This document shows positions 7,901 through 16,299 of a stretch of DNA of 64,000 nucleotides, piece after piece. This DNA comes from Candidatus Eiseniibacteriota bacterium (GTDB lineage Bacteria > Eisenbacteria > RBG-16-71-46), in assembly GCA_038231135.1 (NCBI GenBank), contig JBBRLX010000006.1, positions 96,001 to 160,000 on the forward strand, given 5' to 3'. Both the position numbers and the translations under genes were made by a program. Below the pieces are notes generated by a model that was not told the DNA's origin, did not search any database, and saw nothing but the letters and a program-made list of their open reading frames with translations. The stretch's first letter is position 1. The number at the start of each line of letters is the position of its first letter.

Positions 7901-10421
7901 GCGAACCAATCGCGTCGCTGTCGGGATCCGAGGCGTGGACCACGATCGTCAGCGGCTGGCCCTGCGTGGCCGCGGCCGTCGCGGGCGCGGTCACCACCGG
8001 CGCGCGGTCGGAGTTCAGCACCTGAACCGACACCGTGGCCGAACCGCTCAGCGCATTCGCGGCGCGGAACGTGATGGCATAGGGGCCGGGCGCGTCGGTG
8101 AACGACGGGGTCCAGGTCAGTGTTCCCGCGGTGTGCGACGGGTTCGAGCTGAACGAAGCGGTGTTCCCGGCCGGCAGCCCGTCGAGCACGGCGGTGAGCG
8201 ACGCGATCGCCTCGCCGTCGGGGTCGGCGGCGGAGACATCGATCCTGAGCGGCTGGTTCTCGGTGACGGTCACCGTCGCAGGCGCGGTGACGGCAGGCGC
8301 CCGATCGGCTGCGGCCACGGTGATCGACGTCGCGCCGGACCCCGATAGCGCGTTCGACGCCGTGAACGTCACCGTGTAGGGACCGGGCCCGTCGGACAAT
8401 GTGGGAGTCCAGCTCAGCGTGCCCCCCGTCTGCGACGGGTTCGGCGTAAAGACCGCGGTGTTCGCGGCCGGCAGCCCGGACAGATTCGCGGTCAGTGACG
8501 CGATGGCGTCGCCGTCCACGTCGGACGCGGTCACGGCGACGCTGATCGGAGCGCCCTGCGTGCCGCTCGTGCTCGCGGGCGCGGCGACGGTGGGCGCGCG
8601 GTCCACGTGCACGACCGAGATCGTCGTGGCCGTGGTGCCCGACAGTCCATTCGCGGCGGTGAACGTGACGGTGTAGGGCCCGGGTGCGGATCCGAACGCC
8701 GGTGTCCAGGTGAACGTGCCCGACGTGGCATCCGCGGACGAACCGAACGTCGCGTGGTGCCCCGCAGGCAGGCCCGCGAGGTTGGCCGTCAGCGTGCTGA
8801 TGGGCTGGGCGTCCGATGCGGACACGGCGAACACCAGCGGCTGGTTCTCGCTCACGGACATGCTCTGCGGCGCGACGACCACCGGCGGCAGATCGCTGCC
8901 CACCGCATGCTCGAACGGCCCGCGATCCATGTACGTCACGGGACCGATGCCGGCATTCGGGACCGACGGATCGTCCGCGCGCGGATTGCCGTCCGCGTCG
9001 AACGCGGGCCAGTACGGCAGCCCGGACATGCCGTTGTCGATTGCCGCCGAGCCCCCCAGCAGATGGAAGTCGCCGATCGCGGGGTTCGCGAACCGCGGAT
9101 TCGCCTCGAGCGTGTGAACGTCCTTGCCGCTGGCGGCGGTGTAGGCCGACACCGAGCTGTACAGCGTCTTCACGTACTTGACGGGATAGTGGCCCCATTC
9201 GGAGTTCCAGAACAGGTTGTAGTCCGACTGGAACCCGACCGCGGACGTCCCGTCGACCCACAGGTTGAACTCGGTCGTCGTGAAGCCGTTGTCGACCGCG
9301 ATGCAGTCATAGAGCTGGTTGTTAGGCGACGAGCCTTCGATCGACCAGCCGTCCTTGTAGTTCTTGTACGCCAGGTCTCCGATGTACAGGTTGCCGACCG
9401 CGCCCAGGTTGTCGTAGCCGTGGTCGCCGTTGTTCCACGAGTAGTTGCCGAGGCAGATGTTGTAGTTGGCGCCGGTGTAGAGATTGAGGCCGGTGTCCTG
9501 GTTGTGATGCAGGTTGTTGTTCTCGAACCGGTTCCCCACGCCGTGCGACAGATAGATGCCGTTCGCGGCGCGCTCACGCGGACGCCAGTTGCCCCACGAC
9601 TCCAAGTTGCGCACGACGGAGCTGTCGCAGGAGGTCAGGTAGACGCCGTGATCCGCGTTGAGCCACGCTCGGGAGTTCTGGATCAATTCGTAGGACGAGT
9701 TCACGATCGAGATGCCGTACTTGCCGCAATATGAGATCGCGAGACTCGCCAGCGTGCAGTGGTTCGCCGCGGCCGACAGGTAGATCGACTTGTCCTCGGT
9801 GCGCGTGATCGTGAAGCCCTGCAGCGTGACCCACGAGCGCGCCGGCAACAGGAATGCCGAGAGGCGCTTGCCCACCATCAACTGCTGCGCCCCGGGGTTG
9901 CCGCCACCCACGTTCACGTACAGGCCGGTGCCGCTCACCCACGTGCAGGAGTTCGCGGGGATCGTCGTCGGCGAGACGAACGTCGAGTCGAGCAGCCGGG
10001 CGCCGTTCGCGAACACCTGCACCGGGCTCCAGTTGACGGTCGATGCGAGCCACACGTCGCCCGCGACCTGCGTCCAGCGGCTCGGCGAGCCGAAGTCGTC
10101 GGCGCCGTCGATCACCGTCGCCGGGCTCTCCGCCAGCACGGTGTACGGGCTGGCCGCCGTTCCGGAACTCTTGATCGTCACCTGTTCACGATAAACGCCG
10201 GCCTTCACCAGGATTGTGGTGCCGGCGGCCTGGCGCGCGGTCACCGCCGCTGCGATCGTCCGGTAGGGAAGTGCCGCGGTGCCGGGATTCGCGTCGTTGG
10301 CGGACGGGTTCGGGCCGTCCACGTAGTACGTGTCCGCGGCGACGCGTCCCGCCGCCCACAGCATCAAGGCCAGCGTGACGACGACAATCTTGGATGTAGT
10401 GCGCGATAGGCGCAGGAACAC
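4917..10421 (-). CDS. Large secreted/surface protein: right-handed beta-helix (pectate-lyase-like), 9 Ig/cadherin-like repeats, 2 CBM4/9-like modules, FlgD-Ig/T9SS-CTD-like tail
   Basis: Start GTG 10421 with AGGAG RBS; signal peptide then DTYYVD...PGTAALPYRTI; Asn-rich beta-helix; repeats DRAPxVxAP...DPDGD...WTP...YxVTFTA; NPSFET...W...DDV modules; TPNP...YDTSGRRI...PGLYFYRL. Confidence 0.85.
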   Translation of the reverse strand: MFLRLSRTTSKIVVVTLALMLWAAGRVAADTYYVDGPNPSANDANPGTAALPYRTIAAAVTARQAAGTTILVKAGVYREQVTIKSSGTAASPYTVLAESPATVIDGADDFGSPSRWTQVAGDVWLASTVNWSPVQVFANGARLLDSTFVSPTTIPANSCTWVSGTGLYVNVGGGNPGAQQLMVGKRLSAFLLPARSWVTLQGFTITRTEDKSIYLSAAANHCTLASLAISYCGKYGISIVNSSYELIQNSRAWLNADHGVYLTSCDSSVVRNLESWGNWRPRERAANGIYLSHGVGNRFENNNLHHNQDTGLNLYTGANYNICLGNYSWNNGDHGYDNLGAVGNLYIGDLAYKNYKDGWSIEGSSPNNQLYDCIAVDNGFTTTEFNLWVDGTSAVGFQSDYNLFWNSEWGHYPVKYVKTLYSSVSAYTAASGKDVHTLEANPRFANPAIGDFHLLGGSAAIDNGMSGLPYWPAFDADGNPRADDPSVPNAGIGPVTYMDRGPFEHAVGSDLPPVVVAPQSMSVSENQPLVFAVSASDAQPISTLTANLAGLPAGHHATFGSSADATSGTFTWTPAFGSAPGPYTVTFTAANGLSGTTATTISVVHVDRAPTVAAPASTSGTQGAPISVAVTASDVDGDAIASLTANLSGLPAANTAVFTPNPSQTGGTLSWTPTLSDGPGPYTVTFTASNALSGSGATSITVAAADRAPAVTAPATVTVTENQPLRIDVSAADPDGEAIASLTAVLDGLPAGNTASFSSNPSHTAGTLTWTPSFTDAPGPYAITFRAANALSGSATVSVQVLNSDRAPVVTAPATAAATQGQPLTIVVHASDPDSDAIGSLGVDLGTLPSAGGATFTPNADNTRATLTWTPGPTDGSGPYVVTFTAANGLSASAQTSITITNVDAPPSVTAPATASVVQGQKLTLSVTAADPNLDPIATLTADLSALPAGNDAVFVVSASHKTGTLTWTPTLADSARPYTVTFTAANALSGSAVTDISVTPADRAPVLTVPAGVTATENQPLTVTVSASDPDGDALTSLTAALAGLPAGNNATFVPNASNTAGSLTWTPSFADAPGPYVVTFTAANALIATASITISVANVDRAPVVTAPATATVVQGQPLSITVTAADADGDAITSLAANLGALPAGAAATFTPASDQKSGTFTWTPAYYDGPGPWPVSFGAANALTGSAVTAITVQAAPPPPNLCANPSFETDIAGWQSTASATLARVAGGHDGGWALEMRSPAAATATFGIGDQPNWVASSPAAGSRYRFSAWVRSASSHGSTKLKLREYSNSVLQGAVVYSNAIPLTAAWQLMSVDFVTLKAGSTIDLELSDYPVAAGEVFQTDDVSITLLPGADQLPVVLAPPTATATENGQLTVTVTASDPDSQAITSLAVSGLPAGNNASFVTNAAHTQGTLTWTPGWFDGRATPYTVTFTASNTQSGSATTSITVANVDRSPVVTSPATASVAEGQTLTVVIAAADPDSDAIASLTAGLTGLPAGNDAEFTPNATRTGGTLTWTPLGGASRSTPYSVTFTAVNAMSGSATLAITVSPGQGVIPPADRNLCGNPTFETNLNGWNGAGSATTTRVAGGRVDSFAVQVRGATTTGTASMGLNDSPNWIMSIPVAGTRYRFAAWVRSPSNTGQVRIKVREYTPAGVQVGTTIQSAAVTLSPVWQFVSVDVVTGGANNTLDMQVLDAPVVAGETFLVDDVGINVVANSSALAMGRAGDDVTTAITPGGLVFGARMTPNPVYGHATLHFTTTARESVRADLYDTSGRRIRRLLDEAQLDPGEHHLGIDLTDDRGLSLRPGLYFYRLEAREGVRTGRVVLTGQ
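5760..6350. repeat. Two further ~99-aa Ig-like coding repeats between the two CBM-like modules
   Basis: Same repeat unit as 6826-8894. Confidence 0.8.
6826..8894. repeat. Seven tandem ~297-nt (99-aa) Ig-like coding repeats
   Basis: Diverged DRAP...WTP...TFTAAN units inside the 4917-10421 gene. Confidence 0.85.
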
Positions 10422-10988
10422 GTCCACGCTCCTGAGGCACCGTCCATGGCACGGTGAACTTTGGATGGGAATACAAAACGGCACGCGCGGCGTTGCCCTG
10501 TAGTTGAACAAAGCGGTCGCCGCGTTCGATACCTGCGAGGTCTCTACAAAGCCGTCAACGCAACTTCCGTACCCTGGGGTCCGGACCGCGGACGCGACGG
10601 CTGCCAAGCAATTTGCCCGGGTTTCCTCTCGGGAAACCTTTGGAAATCCGGAGGAATCGTCGAGATTCACGACAATTGCGCTGGGTAGTCATGCGATTTG
10701 AGTGCAGTCTGGCCAGGGTTCAATTGGGTCTGTGGCAGTTCGCCACAGTCGCATCCGGAGTCCCCCGGATCGGCGGGGGAGGGAGTCCACCCCGGCTGGG
10801 GGAATTCACCCGTCGCTTGCGCCATGAGGCACGGGTCCCGTACCGCGATGACGCGCGCCGGCCGCGGCTCACGGGACAAATCGGGCCGTGGAGTGATGTA
10901 TGATCGTGTCCGAATCGGAAGCATAATCGTGACCCCTCGAGCGCCAGCGCGAGCCGGGCGATCATGGCCGCTGGGAGCTCCCACATTC

Positions 10989-12353
10989 ATGCCGGTGCAT
11001 TTCGCTGAAGACGATGCCGGTGCGGCGCCGCGGCGGTTCGCGCAACGCGTAATGCTGCTCGGGGTCGTGGTGGTGTCGGCGCTCGCACTCGCGATCCCGC
11101 GATTCCACAACGACACGGCCGGCCCCGGTCCCGATCTGCGGGGCATCCAGGTCGCACCCGCGCCCGTGGGGACGCTCGGTAGGATGGCCCCCGACAGCGC
11201 CGTCGTGATCGTCTATGGCGACAGCCGCACCGGGCATCGGGTGCTGACGCAACGATCGGGCGCCCGGATGCTGTACGAGGCGGCGCAATCGCATCGTCCG
11301 TCGATGTGGCTCGCCGGGCTCGAGAATCTGCCGGCGACGGCGCTCGAGGTCGTGTACCCGGACTTCATGGGTTTGCGCGACGTGTGGTCCACGTTCGTCA
11401 GCCATCGATTCACAGGCGGCAATCAGCCGGGCGTGCTCCGCGCGCTCGAGGCCAACACAGCGGTCGATTTGATCGTGAACACCGGCGACCTGGTGGAGGA
11501 CGGCCGGCAGCACGTGCAGTGGGAGGAGTTCGCCGGGTCCCATGCGGCGTTGCGCAACCTCGCGCCGTTCGTCGCCGCCCCCGGCAACCACGAGGCGCTG
11601 TGGAAGGCCGCGGCGCGGCGGAACTGGGACGCGATCATGGGGCCGCCGCGCGCGCCATTCAGCTACTGGTCGTCCGTGGCCCTCGGTCGGCTGGCGCGGT
11701 TCGTCATCCTCGACAGCAACCTGTTCACGGATCCTCACGACCACTATCCGCCGGCGCTCGAGCAGGCGCTCGTCGACGAACAGCTCGCGTGGGCCGACTC
11801 CATGCTCGCCGGTCCCGAGCGGTTCAAGTTCGTGGTGCTGCATCATCCGCTGGTCACATCGGGGCACCACTGGGACGAATGGACATCGCAGGACGAGCAC
11901 CCGGCCCAGGACCGCCGCATCCAGCTGCTCGAGATCCTGAGGCGCCGCCACGTCACCGCGGTGCTCGCGGGCCACGAACACCTGTTTCAGCGGAGCTGGA
12001 TCTCGGAGCCCGGCGGCGGCGGATTGTGGCACATCACCACCGGCGGTGGGGGATCGCCGCTGCACTATGTGACCGACGACGATCGCCGGCGGGCCCGGAC
12101 GCAGTCGCTGCCGGACTCGGCGGCGATCGGCGAGATGTTCCCCGAGCAGTCGGTCTACCACTATTGCCGGCTCGTGCTGCGGCCGGATCCCGCGCCCGGC
12201 ATGGCGGCCGCCGAGTTGCGCATCTACCGGGTCGACAGCGCCGGCGCGGCACGGTTGATCGACACCGTGGATCTCGCGTCGCCGCCGGGCGGGCCGGCGG
12301 TGAGCGCCGCCGATCATTCCCCTTTACGCAGGCGGAGTCCGGGCCTACCGTAA
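10989..12353 (+). CDS. Exported/membrane-anchored calcineurin-like metallophosphoesterase (start uncertain)
   Basis: YGDSR, NTGDLVE, PGNHE, VLHHP, AGHEH, TGGGG motifs; N-terminal hydrophobic segment. Confidence 0.85.
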   Translation: MPVHFAEDDAGAAPRRFAQRVMLLGVVVVSALALAIPRFHNDTAGPGPDLRGIQVAPAPVGTLGRMAPDSAVVIVYGDSRTGHRVLTQRSGARMLYEAAQSHRPSMWLAGLENLPATALEVVYPDFMGLRDVWSTFVSHRFTGGNQPGVLRALEANTAVDLIVNTGDLVEDGRQHVQWEEFAGSHAALRNLAPFVAAPGNHEALWKAAARRNWDAIMGPPRAPFSYWSSVALGRLARFVILDSNLFTDPHDHYPPALEQALVDEQLAWADSMLAGPERFKFVVLHHPLVTSGHHWDEWTSQDEHPAQDRRIQLLEILRRRHVTAVLAGHEHLFQRSWISEPGGGGLWHITTGGGGSPLHYVTDDDRRRARTQSLPDSAAIGEMFPEQSVYHYCRLVLRPDPAPGMAAAELRIYRVDSAGAARLIDTVDLASPPGGPAVSAADHSPLRRRSPGLP

Positions 12354-12371
12354 TGGGAGTGGTGCGCCGCC

Positions 12372-13163
12372 ATGGCGCGCCGATCGGGTGCAGGGCCGGA
12401 CCGGGTCCCACGTTCCTCGACCGGGTTCGGAGTGGCAGTGACCGCACGCATCCCATTGTTCGAATTCATGCCGTACGGAGCACCCGAGCTGCATGAGGCG
12501 TCGCACCGCCACATGTTCCGCGCGCTGGCCGCCGCGAGTCTCGTGTGGGTCTTTGTGTTCGCGGCGGGCGTGATGACCGGCGCCCTGCCCGCGCCGGCGA
12601 CTCGTTTCGTGACACCGACGGTCGAAGTGCTGCTCGCTCCACCGCCGCCCATGCTGCCGCCACCGCCGGCCCGGACCCAGCCGATCGCGCCCGCGACCTT
12701 GTCGCGTGCGCACGGCGCCATCATCCCGGTGATCGACGAGCCGCCACCGCCGCCTTTGGCTCCGGACTGGCCGGGTGGCATCCGCGATGCGCAGGGCCTG
12801 CTGGGCGGCGAAGCCGGCGACGCGCCGCCCGTCACCGATCGCGGCGTCGTGGCCGAGCCGCCGCTGCCGAATCTTGGCGACAAGGTGCGCACCGACGAGC
12901 TGCCGGTCCTCGTCACCCTCAACCAGCCCGAGTATCCGGACATCGCGCGCGAAGCCGGCGTAGAGGGTCTCGTCGTCGTCCACGTGCTCGTCGGCCGGGA
13001 CGGTCGCGTGATCGACGCGCGGCTCGACGCGAAATTCTCGGTGCCGATGCTCGACGCCACGGCGCTGGCGTCCGCGCGCAAGCTGGTGTTCCAGCCCGCG
13101 ATCGTGGACCACCATCCGGTGGCGGTGTGGGTCGAAATGCCGTACCGGTTTCACCTGCATTGA
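12372..13163 (+). CDS. tonB: Energy transducer TonB (TonB_C) protein; start may be ~12438
   Basis: TM anchor, Pro-rich linker, PEYPDIAREAGVEGLVVVHVLVGRDGRV...FQPA...PVAVWVEMPYRF. Confidence 0.8.
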   Translation: MARRSGAGPDRVPRSSTGFGVAVTARIPLFEFMPYGAPELHEASHRHMFRALAAASLVWVFVFAAGVMTGALPAPATRFVTPTVEVLLAPPPPMLPPPPARTQPIAPATLSRAHGAIIPVIDEPPPPPLAPDWPGGIRDAQGLLGGEAGDAPPVTDRGVVAEPPLPNLGDKVRTDELPVLVTLNQPEYPDIAREAGVEGLVVVHVLVGRDGRVIDARLDAKFSVPMLDATALASARKLVFQPAIVDHHPVAVWVEMPYRFHLH

Positions 13164-13171
13164 GTGACCGC

Positions 13172-13198
13172 CGGCCGCGCGACCCCTTCGCGCGGCCG
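13172..13198 (+). terminator. GC-rich hairpin after tonB
   Basis: Perfect 11-bp stem CGGCCGCGCGA-CCCCT-TCGCGCGGCCG starting 9 nt after the stop. Confidence 0.55.
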
Positions 13199-13396
13199 CG
13201 GTCCCGGAGCGTCCGACCCGGGTGCGGCAGGGGTTCGATGCCGCTGCACATCGTGTCGGGCGCGTTCGCCATCCCGTCCCACAACACTCCCGGTTGAAGT
13301 TTCTTCCACTCGGGAAACGCTGGTTGGGATGCGGCTCGCGCCGTCCCTCATCGCCAAGTTCTTAAGGCGAAGCGACTTAATAACTCCCACCGACGC

Positions 13397-13411
13397 TGGC
13401 ACCAAAGTCGC
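13397..13411 (+). promoter_or_regulatory. Candidate sigma54 promoter of the Omp85/kinase/NTT operon
   Basis: TGGCACCAAAGTCGC with GG-N10-GC spacing, preceded by an AT-rich AAGT-N15-ACTT dyad (13356-13378). Confidence 0.45.
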
Positions 13412-13525
13412 CTAGACCATGCCGACTGCAATCACCGCAGCATGGTCGAACCCATGCCACCGGCCGGAAGTTCGCGTCGTTAACAGCCAGACACGACCGA
13501 CTTCACATCGAACGGACAAACTGCC

Positions 13526-14908
13526 ATGAATGCCATCGCACTCGCGATCCTGCTGCTGTCCGTGTCCGTGTCCCCCGTCGGCGCTGCCGCGCCTGCGGAT
13601 TCGGACCGAGTGTCCGACCGCGCGAGCGCACCGCCGATTGCGGAGAACGCGGACAGCCTCGCAGCGTCCTATGCAGCGCCCTGGAATCCGCCGCGGCCCC
13701 TGCTCGCGCGCCGGCCGTGGGAGCGGGCGATGCTGTTGCCCGGGCGCATCATTTCGCTGCCGCTATCGGGCCTGGGATACCTCACGCGGCGCTCCATGCT
13801 CGTGATCGAGGACAGCGGCCGGGTGCCGATGGGCCCGCAGCCGCCGCGCGCGAAGCACTCGCCGTCCGTGGCGGTCGGATTGTCCCACTTCGGCGATCGC
13901 ACGGGCGTAGGGCTGTCGCTGGAGCTGCGCACCCCGGAGCCGCGCCGCGAGTTCGTGCCACGATTCGGCGTCCAGTACTCAGCCACGACGCATTTTTATA
14001 ACCGCACGCAGGCCACGCTGACGAGCGGCCCCGCGAGCCTTCAGTATGCATATGAGTGGCGCCCGCAGGAGCAATTCCATGGCATCGGTCTCGAGAGCGC
14101 CGAGGACAGCCTGTCCGACTATGCCATCGAGTTCGAGACGGCGCGCGCGGGACTCACCAGAGCCTGGGGCCGGGACCCGGATCGCAATCAGCCCCGGCTG
14201 ACCCTCAATGCGTGGGGCGGCCCGCGCAGCGCCCTCACCAGCACCGGCCGCGACGCCAGGCAGGTGCCGTTCGACCGCCGCTTCCCCGGGCTGGCCGGGC
14301 TCACGCTCGGACGGCGCGTCGAGCACCTGACCTACGGCGCCGCGATCAAGCTCGACGAACGTCGGGGCGCTCCCCACTGGAGCCGCGGCGGCGCGCTGAC
14401 GCTGGCGGCGGAGAACTTCACGGACCCGGTGCGCGCGCTGGCGCTCCACGATGCCGCCGCGACCGGAGCGGGGTTCCGCCGCTTCACCGGCCAGCTCGAC
14501 GTGGGCACCTCGTTCATGCGCGACCCGCGCTCCCTGCGGCTGATGGCGAAGGTCGTCGATCAGCAGGTCGACGCGCGCGCGGACCGGTTCCTGGTGGCCG
14601 ATCTGGCCACGCTCGGCGGCCGCGACGGACTGCTGGGTTACTCGCCAGGACGGTTTCGTGACAAGGACCTGCTGCTCACGCGGCTGACGTATGTGTTCCC
14701 GCTCGCGCGGCGGTTCGAAGTCGATCTGCATTCTGAGTTCGGCGGGGTCTATGGCGACGTGTGGCACGACGTCCGGATCGGCGGGCTCAAACACTCGTTC
14801 GGCATGTCACTGAGGGGACGCGGGGATCGCACTGCGCGCGGGGCGGTCGGATTCGACATCAGCCCCGAATCGATCCGGATCAACTACACACTGGGGGTGC
14901 CGGAATGA
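13526..14908 (+). CDS. Omp85/BamA-TamA-like outer-membrane beta-barrel without obvious POTRA domains
   Basis: Signal peptide; amphipathic beta-strands; LATLGGRDGLLGYSPGRFRD resembles the Omp85 loop-6 LGG..(V/L)RGY motif. Confidence 0.7.
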   Translation: MNAIALAILLLSVSVSPVGAAAPADSDRVSDRASAPPIAENADSLAASYAAPWNPPRPLLARRPWERAMLLPGRIISLPLSGLGYLTRRSMLVIEDSGRVPMGPQPPRAKHSPSVAVGLSHFGDRTGVGLSLELRTPEPRREFVPRFGVQYSATTHFYNRTQATLTSGPASLQYAYEWRPQEQFHGIGLESAEDSLSDYAIEFETARAGLTRAWGRDPDRNQPRLTLNAWGGPRSALTSTGRDARQVPFDRRFPGLAGLTLGRRVEHLTYGAAIKLDERRGAPHWSRGGALTLAAENFTDPVRALALHDAAATGAGFRRFTGQLDVGTSFMRDPRSLRLMAKVVDQQVDARADRFLVADLATLGGRDGLLGYSPGRFRDKDLLLTRLTYVFPLARRFEVDLHSEFGGVYGDVWHDVRIGGLKHSFGMSLRGRGDRTARGAVGFDISPESIRINYTLGVPE

Positions 14909-16299
14909 GCCGCTCGATCGCAGGCGTGATGCTGGCAGTGCTCCTCGCCGGCACGGGTGCCGCGGGCGCGATCGCACGGGCGGCCGATACGACGAAGGAG
15001 CACGCCACGGCACCGGGCGCCGCGGCCGCGCGTGATTCGGGCTCGGCCAGGCATGCCGGCCCCGAGCCACATCCCTATTCCTATGCCTACGACATACTCG
15101 ACAACAGTTTCGTGCGACCGGCCACCCGGGTGCTCGACGTGGCACTGCTGGCGCGCAAGCTGACCGGCAATCTCCGCGAGGCGGCGAACATCGACGACCA
15201 GGACCAGGTGCGGCTGCCGAGCACCTGGTGGCAGCCGCGCCTGGGGTTCCGCCCGGTGACGGTCGCGCAGATGCTCACCGGCCCGGGGCCCGGCACCGGT
15301 CCCGCCCCCGGCAAGTGGACGGTGACGAAGGCCAAGGACCAGGGCGTGACGCCGGGATTCCAGATCGAGGATTCACACGGGGACAAGTTCCTGCTCAAAT
15401 TCGATCCCGTGGGATGGCCCGACCTCGCGTCCGGCGCCGCCGTGATCGGCAGCCGCCTCATGTGGGCGGCCGGCTACAACGTGCCCGACGACGCGATCGG
15501 GCAGTTCCGCCCCGAGGATCTCGAGATCAAGCGGGGCGCGACCTACACCGACGCCAACCGCCGCAAACAGCCGATCAACGACGCGTACATCCAGCAACTC
15601 CTCGCGCGGGTCGCGCGTCAGCAGGACGGCAGCTACCGCTGCATCGCGAGCCGGATGCTCGATGGCAAGCCGCTCGGGCCGTTCGAATATCATGGCCGCC
15701 AGCGCGACGATCCCGAGGACCGGATTCCGCACGAGCTGCGGCGTGAGCTGCGGGGGCTGTGGACGGTGTGCGCGTGGCTCAATCACGCGGACAGCCGCGG
15801 CCCGAATACGCTCGACATGTGGGTCACCGATCACGGCCGGTCGTTCGTACGCCACAACCTGATCGACTTCAGCGCCATCCTCGGCGCCGGTGCGACCGGC
15901 AAGCGGGCGTACGCCACCGGGACGGAGTACTATGTCGACTTCGGCGTGATGCGCCGGGAGTTGACGACCCTGGGGCTGCGGCCCTTCGCCTGGGAATCCT
16001 CGGTGGATCCAAACATGAAGGCAGTCGGGTTCGTGGAGTCCGCGACGTTCGATCCCGTCGGGTGGCGGCCCGACTATCCCAACCCCGCGTTCGACGCGCG
16101 CACCGAGCGCGACATTCGCTGGGGCGCCCGGATCGTGGCGGGCTTCACGGATGACCACATTCGTGCCGCCGTCGACGCCGCGAAGTATTCCGATCCGCGT
16201 GCGGCCGCGTACATCACCCGCGTGCTGATCGAGCGCCGCGACAAGCTGGTGCGGCGGTGGCTCGGCGCGGAGGCCGCTCGACTGCAGGCTGGCCGATGA
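14905..16299 (+). CDS. Exported atypical kinase-fold protein (HipA/PI3-4K/CotH-like), function unknown
   Basis: ATGA overlap with the upstream stop; signal peptide; KDQGVTPG loop, FLLKF, GYNVP, NHADSRGPN (D-x4-N), LIDFS. Confidence 0.65.
   Translation: MSRSIAGVMLAVLLAGTGAAGAIARAADTTKEHATAPGAAAARDSGSARHAGPEPHPYSYAYDILDNSFVRPATRVLDVALLARKLTGNLREAANIDDQDQVRLPSTWWQPRLGFRPVTVAQMLTGPGPGTGPAPGKWTVTKAKDQGVTPGFQIEDSHGDKFLLKFDPVGWPDLASGAAVIGSRLMWAAGYNVPDDAIGQFRPEDLEIKRGATYTDANRRKQPINDAYIQQLLARVARQQDGSYRCIASRMLDGKPLGPFEYHGRQRDDPEDRIPHELRRELRGLWTVCAWLNHADSRGPNTLDMWVTDHGRSFVRHNLIDFSAILGAGATGKRAYATGTEYYVDFGVMRRELTTLGLRPFAWESSVDPNMKAVGFVESATFDPVGWRPDYPNPAFDARTERDIRWGARIVAGFTDDHIRAAVDAAKYSDPRAAAYITRVLIERRDKLVRRWLGAEAARLQAGR

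Noticed and set aside
6718..9261. 847-aa ORF in another frame within the giant protein gene (likewise 19433-21538)
   Set aside because: Off-frame shadow with Arg-rich low-information translation
13220..13250. GGTTCGATGCC as a tRNA T-arm
   Set aside because: No cloverleaf, anticodon arm or acceptor stem can be built
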